This document shows positions 61,474 to 64,000 of a stretch of 64,000 nt of DNA, piece after piece. The notes beneath the pieces are model-generated. The model was given only the letters and a program-made list of their open reading frames with translations. It did not search any database and had not been told where the DNA came from. Every line of letters begins with the position of its first letter. The first letter of the stretch is position 1. A program made the translations under genes and the position numbers. Origin of the DNA: Balneolales bacterium (GTDB taxonomy: Bacteria; Bacteroidota; Rhodothermia; Balneolales; Natronogracilivirgulaceae); NCBI GenBank assembly GCA_040905685.1, contig JBBDRB010000040.1, forward strand, positions 19,084 to 83,083. Direction: 5' to 3'.

Positions 61474-64000
61474 ATGAACAAGACTAGACAAGAGAGTAAA
61501 TATCTGAATTTACACATTTCCAGCATATCCTGGCTATTCACCTGGCCGGCAGGAAATGATAAAAAAATCCTTTTATCGGCATTAACCGTTTTATTGATAT
61601 CCGGGTTGAATTTTGGGGATTCAATTGCGCAGCAAACCGTAACCGGAACCGTTACTGATGCCGGGGATGAAACAACAATTCCGGGTGTTAACGTCATCGT
61701 GGAAGGTTCGGCCGAGGCGACGGGCTCAACAATCGGGGCCACTACGAACCTCGACGGAGAGTACTCCATCAACGTGCCAACCGAGCTCAATACCCTGGTC
61801 TTCACTTTTGTCGGCTACGAGCGCCAGGTTGTGGAAATCGACGGGAGAACACAGATCGATGTAGCCATGCAGCGGGACGTTAGCTTTCTGGAGGACCTGG
61901 TCGTGGTAGGGTATGGTACGGAGCGGCAGGAGGATGCCACCGGTTCGGTGTTATCCCTTAGTGAACGGGATTTTAACCGGGGGGTAATTTCCTCACCCGA
62001 GCAGCTGCTCCAGGGCCGGATCGCCGGCGTGCAGATTACATCGGCCAGCGGCGAGCCCGGGGCCGGGGTGAATATCCGTATCCGGGGCACCTCGTCTGTG
62101 CGCGGTGGCAATCAGCCCTTGTTTGTCGTCGATGGCGTGCCCCTGAGCGGAAATGACGTAACCCCGGGCAGTGAAGGCATCGGCGCCGGCAGCCAGTCTC
62201 CGAGAAACCCGCTAAGCTTTTTAAATCCCGACGATATTGAGAACATAAGCGTGTTAAAGGATGCCTCGGCGGCCGCTATATACGGAGCCCGGGGGTCCAA
62301 TGGCGTGGTTTTGATCACCACCAAACAGACAACAGGCCTCGAACCGAGGCTGACCGTATCCTCGTCGGCGAGTATGAGCAATATACGAAATAAGATCGAC
62401 CTGCTTTCTGCCGACGAATATGTCCAGGCCGGTTCATCGGCCGGTGCAGACCCCGATGTTATAGATTTTGGCAGCACTACAGACTGGCAGGATCAAATAT
62501 TCAGGACGGCTATGTCCCAGGACTACAATATCAGTTACGGATCCGGTTCGGAGACGGGTTCCTACCGGCTGTCTCTGGGCTATGCCGACCAGCAGGGGAT
62601 TATCGAGAACTCCGCCCTCGAACGCTTGACGGCCCGGATCAATGCCAGCCAGAGCTGGCTGGATGACCTGCTGTCCCTGGATCTGAACATTACCACTTCC
62701 CGGATCCATGACAGCTATGCCCCGGTGGGCAATACGGCCGGTTTTGAAGGGGATTTGGTTGGGGCTGCCCTCCAGGCCAATCCCACCCGCCCGGTTTTCG
62801 AAAGTGAAGGCATTTACATGCAGTCATCCGACTTCAGGAATCCGGCCGGCATGCTGGCCTACATCGATGATAATTCCGAAACCAACCGGTTGTTGGCCAA
62901 TGTTGGCGGTACCGTTAATTTTACCGATTGGCTGGCCTACCGGGCAACGCTGGGATACGAAAATTCAGAGTCCGTACGGCGTATGGGCGCCAGTCCAAAT
63001 CTTGATTTTGCGGATATCCGGGACCGGGGCGGACGGGCCACAATTGATAACTGGTATGTAAACAGCCAACTGATGGAGCATACCCTGAATCTGCAGCAAT
63101 TGCTGGGTGGAGGGGAAATTGATGTCCTTGGGGGCTTTTCTTACCAGCGTTTTGAAAACCGGAGCGACTGGCTGCAGGCCGAATTTTTTGTAACGGATGA
63201 AATTCCTATAGTCGATAACGTAGGCGGGGTCAATAACGACGACAACAAAGCCTTTACCGCTTCATCGCAACGGACCGTGGATGAAATTCAGTCCTTCTTC
63301 GGCCGGGTCAATTACAACTATGATGACCGGTATTTGTTAACCAGCAATTTCCGGGTAGACGGATCCACGAAGTTCGGCAGAAACAATAAATACGGGTATT
63401 TCCCTTCCCTGGCGCTAGCCTGGAGGCTGTCGAATGAAGAGTTCTTTTCCGGCTTGTCTTCCACGGTTAACGAACTGAAGATAAGGGGAAGCTATGGCAT
63501 TACCGGCAATCAGGAATTTCCCTCCAATGTCTCCCTTGCCGTATTCAGGACAAACAACGACGGTTCCCTGACCCAATCCAATAATCCGAACCCGGATATA
63601 CAGTGGGAAGAAACCGTTCAGTGGGGGGTAGGGACTGACTTTGAATTGTTTGACGGGCGTCTCGGAGGTACGATCGAATACTTCAACAAGCAGACCCAGA
63701 ACCTGATATTTCGGCAGGATTTTGCTCAGCCGGCCGCCGTGGATTTTCAATGGGTCAACCTGGACGGCACGGTCCTGAACAGAGGCTGGGAATTTGCCTT
63801 GAACACGTCCATCGTTAACACGTCCCGTTTATTCTGGCGAGTAGACTATAACATGAGTTTTCTCCACAATGAAGTCAAAGACCTGGATACGTTCGTCAAT
63901 ACGGGCCAGATCCATGGCCAGGGGTTGTCGGGAGCCTATGCGCAGCGCATCGCCGAAGGACAGCCTCTGTTTGCCTTTTATATGCGGGAATTTGAAGGTT
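61474..64000 (+). CDS. SusC/RagA-family TonB-dependent receptor (3' end cut by window edge)
   Basis: The ORF is absent from the supplied track, presumably because it has no stop within the window. My translation of frame 1 from the ATG at 61474 gives a CarboxypepD_reg-like domain (VTGTVTDAGDETTIPGVNV..G....T..DG.Y) and a plug (IRIRGTSSVRGGNQPLFVVDGVPL). Later barrel motifs are (YGYFPSLALAWRLSNEEFF, AEGQPLFAFYMREFEG). The frames I spot-checked at 62101, 63361 and 63901 remain open. Confidence 0.9.
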   Translation, partial: MNKTRQESKYLNLHISSISWLFTWPAGNDKKILLSALTVLLISGLNFGDSIAQQTVTGTVTDAGDETTIPGVNVIVEGSAEATGSTIGATTNLDGEYSINVPTELNTLVFTFVGYERQVVEIDGRTQIDVAMQRDVSFLEDLVVVGYGTERQEDATGSVLSLSERDFNRGVISSPEQLLQGRIAGVQITSASGEPGAGVNIRIRGTSSVRGGNQPLFVVDGVPLSGNDVTPGSEGIGAGSQSPRNPLSFLNPDDIENISVLKDASAAAIYGARGSNGVVLITTKQTTGLEPRLTVSSSASMSNIRNKIDLLSADEYVQAGSSAGADPDVIDFGSTTDWQDQIFRTAMSQDYNISYGSGSETGSYRLSLGYADQQGIIENSALERLTARINASQSWLDDLLSLDLNITTSRIHDSYAPVGNTAGFEGDLVGAALQANPTRPVFESEGIYMQSSDFRNPAGMLAYIDDNSETNRLLANVGGTVNFTDWLAYRATLGYENSESVRRMGASPNLDFADIRDRGGRATIDNWYVNSQLMEHTLNLQQLLGGGEIDVLGGFSYQRFENRSDWLQAEFFVTDEIPIVDNVGGVNNDDNKAFTASSQRTVDEIQSFFGRVNYNYDDRYLLTSNFRVDGSTKFGRNNKYGYFPSLALAWRLSNEEFFSGLSSTVNELKIRGSYGITGNQEFPSNVSLAVFRTNNDGSLTQSNNPNPDIQWEETVQWGVGTDFELFDGRLGGTIEYFNKQTQNLIFRQDFAQPAAVDFQWVNLDGTVLNRGWEFALNTSIVNTSRLFWRVDYNMSFLHNEVKDLDTFVNTGQIHGQGLSGAYAQRIAEGQPLFAFYMREFEG

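Noticed and set aside
61440-62709. Several minus-strand ORFs (61440-61805, 61815-62111, 62112-62477, 62434-62709) and + ORFs in frame 2 (61658-61864, 62708-63061).
   Set aside because: The region is covered by one long frame-1 ORF with unmistakable SusC/RagA plug and barrel motifs. That ORF runs off the window end and so is absent from the ORF track.
1-64000. A search for mobile elements, integrases, tRNA or rRNA genes, CRISPR arrays, toxin-antitoxin pairs or recognisable defence systems.
   Set aside because: I saw no transposase, integrase or recombinase-like translation, no spaced direct-repeat array, and no tRNA cloverleaf or rRNA signature in the intergenic regions. The window looks like core chromosome.

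Overview
This is a gene-dense, almost entirely housekeeping chromosomal segment of about 60 CDS and one ncRNA. Many genes overlap or touch. The gene content suggests an FCB-group bacterium (Bacteroidota, Balneolota or Rhodothermota-like): a SusC/RagA-type TonB receptor, BatA, an ileS-dksA-lspA block, a PlpD-like patatin-Omp85 fusion, and a GMC oxidoreductase with a Tat-signal small subunit. Unlike classical Bacteroides, AGGAG-type ribosome-binding sites are visible.

Recognisable content in order:
- carboxylate-amine ligase and WbqC
- methylmalonyl-CoA mutase, MeaB and an acyl-CoA dehydrogenase
- aldo-keto reductase
- fructosamine kinase and LMW phosphatase
- IleRS, DksA-like, LspA and a SufU-like protein
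- ArgRS
- patatin-Omp85 and an MltF-like protein
- Ku and LigD (NHEJ)
- BatA
- Pal/OmpA-like lipoprotein
- M1 metallopeptidase, ManC and PNP
- DivIVA, two PspB-like proteins and YggS
- Nif3 with a DUF164-like protein
- RNase P RNA
- ECF sigma factor, CPBP protease, a LysM/RlpA-like protein and AroC
- MlaEFD
- PpiD-like protein
- RibD and RibE
- RF3
- arginine deiminase
- M50 protease
- SmpB
- SPFH/NfeD pair
- Adk
- isoaspartyl peptidase
- SGNH hydrolase
- GMC oxidoreductase pair
- a 3'-truncated SusC-like receptor

I recognised no transposase, integrase, phage gene, CRISPR array, rRNA or tRNA. I did not find a convincing new multi-gene system such as a defence island.

The most interesting leads are modest:
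- an AT-rich box that recurs in the same orientation in six divergent intergenic regions
- an M1 peptidase with a roughly 400-aa C-terminal extension of unknown, possibly beta-barrel, nature
- two tandem PspB-like membrane proteins inside a yggS-divIVA cluster
- a hyper-acidic 266-aa protein
- a Cys-less variant of the DUF164 zinc-ribbon protein
- rnpB abutting a convergent orphan ECF sigma gene
- several unusually long non-coding gaps carrying hairpins

All protein family calls come from recall of conserved motifs in the supplied translations. No searches were run.
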